From Promethearchaeota archaeon (lineage in GTDB: Archaea > Asgardarchaeota > Lokiarchaeia > Sigyniarchaeales > SOKP01): a stretch of DNA of 29,203 nucleotides. Below the pieces are notes generated by a model. The model did no database searches. It saw only the letters and a program-made list of their open reading frames with translations, and was not told the DNA's origin. Within the stretch, counting starts at the first letter, position 1; each line of letters begins with the position of its first letter. Shown in pieces: positions 27,273 to 29,203 of this stretch. The stretch covers positions 1-29,203 of the forward strand of contig JBHLPW010000057.1 in assembly GCA_048939015.1 (NCBI GenBank). Reading direction: 5' to 3'. Position numbers and translations under genes: made by a program.

Positions 27273-27767
27273 TCAATTATTTATTTTCTGAATTATCTCT
27301 TTTGCCCATTCTTTTGCTTTTTCTTTAGCGTTTTCAGGTGCATTCTGTTTTGGTTCTTGAAAGCGAATTTCCCCAACGATATTAGCATCTTTTAAAGCAT
27401 GCTTGAACCGGTCCATTGCTTTTACACCATTTCCTTGAGCACAAACCCAAAGAGCTATATTCTTATTAGAAAGATCATATTTCTTTAAGAATGAACGAAT
27501 GGGTGGAGAGAATGTCCAAGCCCATACAGGAGTTCCTAATATAACTAAATCATAGTCGAGAGGATTAATATCAAATTCTCCTAATTTGGGTTTTTTCTTC
27601 ATTGTAGCCTGAAAGCCACCCCAAAAATATTTCATCCCACTTTCAGCATCAAGCTCTTTCACAGGCTTCAACTCTAACACATCGGAATTAATTGCTTCAG
27701 CAATTGTTTCTGCAATCATTTTCGTGTTTCCTGTGAGAGAATAATAAACAAGTAAAACTTTTCCCAT
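27273..27767 (-). CDS. Flavodoxin
   Basis: YYSLTGNT, YDLVILGTPVWA..SPP; SD GAGGT upstream. Confidence 0.92.
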   Translation of the reverse strand: MGKVLLVYYSLTGNTKMIAETIAEAINSDVLELKPVKELDAESGMKYFWGGFQATMKKKPKLGEFDINPLDYDLVILGTPVWAWTFSPPIRSFLKKYDLSNKNIALWVCAQGNGVKAMDRFKHALKDANIVGEIRFQEPKQNAPENAKEKAKEWAKEIIQKINN

Positions 27768-27785
27768 TTTTTTATACCTCTTTCT

Positions 27786-28457
27786 TTAATTTTCCCTTGG
27801 ACTTAATCCTTCTCCAAGAATTTCAAATACAAAATCTACAACCTCATCTGAATTCAATCCAAGTCTGTCAATAAAATTCTTATTTTGCATTAAATCATTT
27901 ACTAGTCCATTTGTTAAGGTTGAAAGTACATATCCAATTAAGAAAGGATTCTTGTCTGATCGGATTGCTTTAATTTTTACAGCATCAGTAAGTATCTTAA
28001 TAAAAATATCTCTAAAACTATTACTTAAATCAAGATATTTCTTCTCAATTTCTGTTAATACTTCTTCAGGTTTGATTGAGATATCAGGTAATTTTAAGGC
28101 AATATCATGAAAAATATTGGCATAAAGAGGATGATCTTTGGTAAAGGCATAGTAAGCATAACCAACTGCCATAATTTGTTTCATACCCGGATCCTCTTTC
28201 TCTGTAAATTCTCTGGTGTATTTAATTATCAGTTCATATGCCTTGATCCCATTCGCAATATATAATTCATCCTTAGAGATAAAATATTTATATACTGTTC
28301 CTTTGCTAAATTCTGCTTCATTAGCTATTTCATCCATTGTCGTGGCTTCATATCCATCAGATAAAAACAATTTTTCTGCGGCTTCAAGGATGATCTGCTT
28401 TCGTAATTGTGTTTCTCTTTCCTTTCTAGTCATTTTTTCTTTTTTTTTACTTTCCAT
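27786..28457 (-). CDS. TetR/AcrR-family transcriptional regulator (start revised to ATG 28457)
   Basis: ILEAAEKLF..GYEATTMDEIA.EAEFSKGTVYKYF.SKDEL; AGGTG (28469-28465) 7 nt before the ATG of MESKKK. Confidence 0.92.
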   Translation of the reverse strand: MESKKKEKMTRKERETQLRKQIILEAAEKLFLSDGYEATTMDEIANEAEFSKGTVYKYFISKDELYIANGIKAYELIIKYTREFTEKEDPGMKQIMAVGYAYYAFTKDHPLYANIFHDIALKLPDISIKPEEVLTEIEKKYLDLSNSFRDIFIKILTDAVKIKAIRSDKNPFLIGYVLSTLTNGLVNDLMQNKNFIDRLGLNSDEVVDFVFEILGEGLSPREN

Positions 28458-28479
28458 TAATAAACACCTTATTCTTTGT

Positions 28480-28496
28480 AATGACTTGGAGTCATT
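28480..28496. promoter_or_regulatory. Putative TetR autoregulatory operator (perfect 7-3-7 palindrome)
   Basis: AATGACT-TGG-AGTCATT, 22 nt upstream of the revised start; degenerate copy AATGACT-ATT-GGTCGAA at 28560-28576. Confidence 0.65.
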
Positions 28497-28695
28497 TTTT
28501 ATACCAAGGGTTATTAATATATTAAAGATTATTTTCATATTTAAACTTTTTGTTCAAAAAATGACTATTGGTCGAATGCACTGTATAGACCCATAAAGCC
28601 CTATAAGTAGAATTGAATTAAATATAATTAGCTAGAATGATATTAAAAACATTCTAGCATAATTATATCATTTATGAATATTGGTTGAAGAATTG

Positions 28696-29091
28696 TTAAC
28701 AAGCATGAATCTTAGAACAATTTAAACTAGATTTGCAAATTAATGTTGAGACCGATAAATATAACTCTTGTAAATTAAATGGTTTTTTTTTAAAATCTAT
28801 CGCTCCTGCCGCTAGAGCTTTTTTTTTTATTGAGCAATCTCCACTAATTAGGAAAATTTTTACATTTCCATCAATTTTTAATATTTCTTTTGTTGCTTCA
28901 ATGCCATCTTTAATAGGCATATGATAATCCATTATAATTAAATCTGGTTTATTTTGAAATCTTAAGTATTTATTGACCGCTTCATTTCCATTTTGAGCAT
29001 AGTCTATAATGTTAAATCCCTTTAATTCTAAAAATTGTTTATATAATTTTATTATTGAAGTATCATCATCAACTATAAATATTCTATTCAT
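28696..29091 (-). CDS. Single-domain response regulator receiver (CheY-like)
   Basis: IVDDD, IMDYHMP.KDG (phospho-Asp), ISG, KPF. Confidence 0.92.
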   Translation of the reverse strand: MNRIFIVDDDTSIIKLYKQFLELKGFNIIDYAQNGNEAVNKYLRFQNKPDLIIMDYHMPIKDGIEATKEILKIDGNVKIFLISGDCSIKKKALAAGAIDFKKKPFNLQELYLSVSTLICKSSLNCSKIHAC

Positions 29092-29139
29092 CTAATTCAC
29101 CATTTTTTTATATAAAATTTTAAAAAAAGATAAAAAAAA

Positions 29140-29203
29140 TTATTCAATTTTAACTTCTATTAATAAGTCTTTCAAATTCTCTGCTAAACTTCCCAATTTT
29201 TGT
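29140..29203 (-). CDS. 3' end of a gene truncated by the window edge, possibly a methyl-accepting chemotaxis-type coiled coil
   Basis: Frame from 29202 reads QKLGSLAENLKDLLIEVKIE*; only 20 residues are visible. Confidence 0.3.
   Translation of the reverse strand, partial: QKLGSLAENLKDLLIEVKIE

Noticed and set aside
28458-28538. N-terminal 27-aa extension of the TetR ORF
   Set aside because: It spans the operator palindrome and an AGGTG SD that points to ATG 28457.
778-28924. Short antisense ORFs in the track (778-975, 3691-3873, 9799-10065, 10222-10440, 17445-17687, 18096-18365, 20847-21041, 23384-23605, 23673-23864, 23704-23904, 27096-27395, 28216-28596, 28733-28924)
   Set aside because: All lie opposite well-supported genes and show no recognisable motifs; shadow ORFs.

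Overview
Very AT-rich, gene-dense window that looks like an Asgard archaeon, probably Lokiarchaeia. This is inferred from the Rab/Arf-like small GTPases, a longin-like domain, archaeal TATA-type promoters and GGTG-type SD motifs. No rRNA, tRNA, CRISPR or mobile element was seen. All family calls come from motifs read by eye; no searches were run. Five blocks: (1) 156-7580, a methylation island with an HgcAB-like corrinoid-membrane-ferredoxin fusion, its coupled class I methyltransferase, three ICMT/PEMT-family membrane methyltransferases, a duplicated small membrane protein and a ZIP transporter. (2) 9426-14641, eukaryote-signature genes: an Arf-like GTPase (probably with a missed CTG start) beside a Zn-finger/TPR/longin-like protein, plus two tandem Rab-like GTPases. 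(3) 14822-16803, a MoxR AAA+ / vWA pair whose junction looks like a programmed -1 frameshift. (4) 17993-26361, a co-oriented molybdopterin-themed cluster behind a ModE-like palindrome: Cys-less Moco-fold surface proteins, a DOMON-type heme protein, a complete ECF transporter, an MsrP-like/cytochrome b561 fusion, MoaD and a degenerate MoaB. This is the best candidate for an undescribed system (surface Moco/pterin capture or trafficking). (5) 26480-29203, a TetR-flavodoxin-polyferredoxin unit with a palindromic operator, and a CheY-like receiver.
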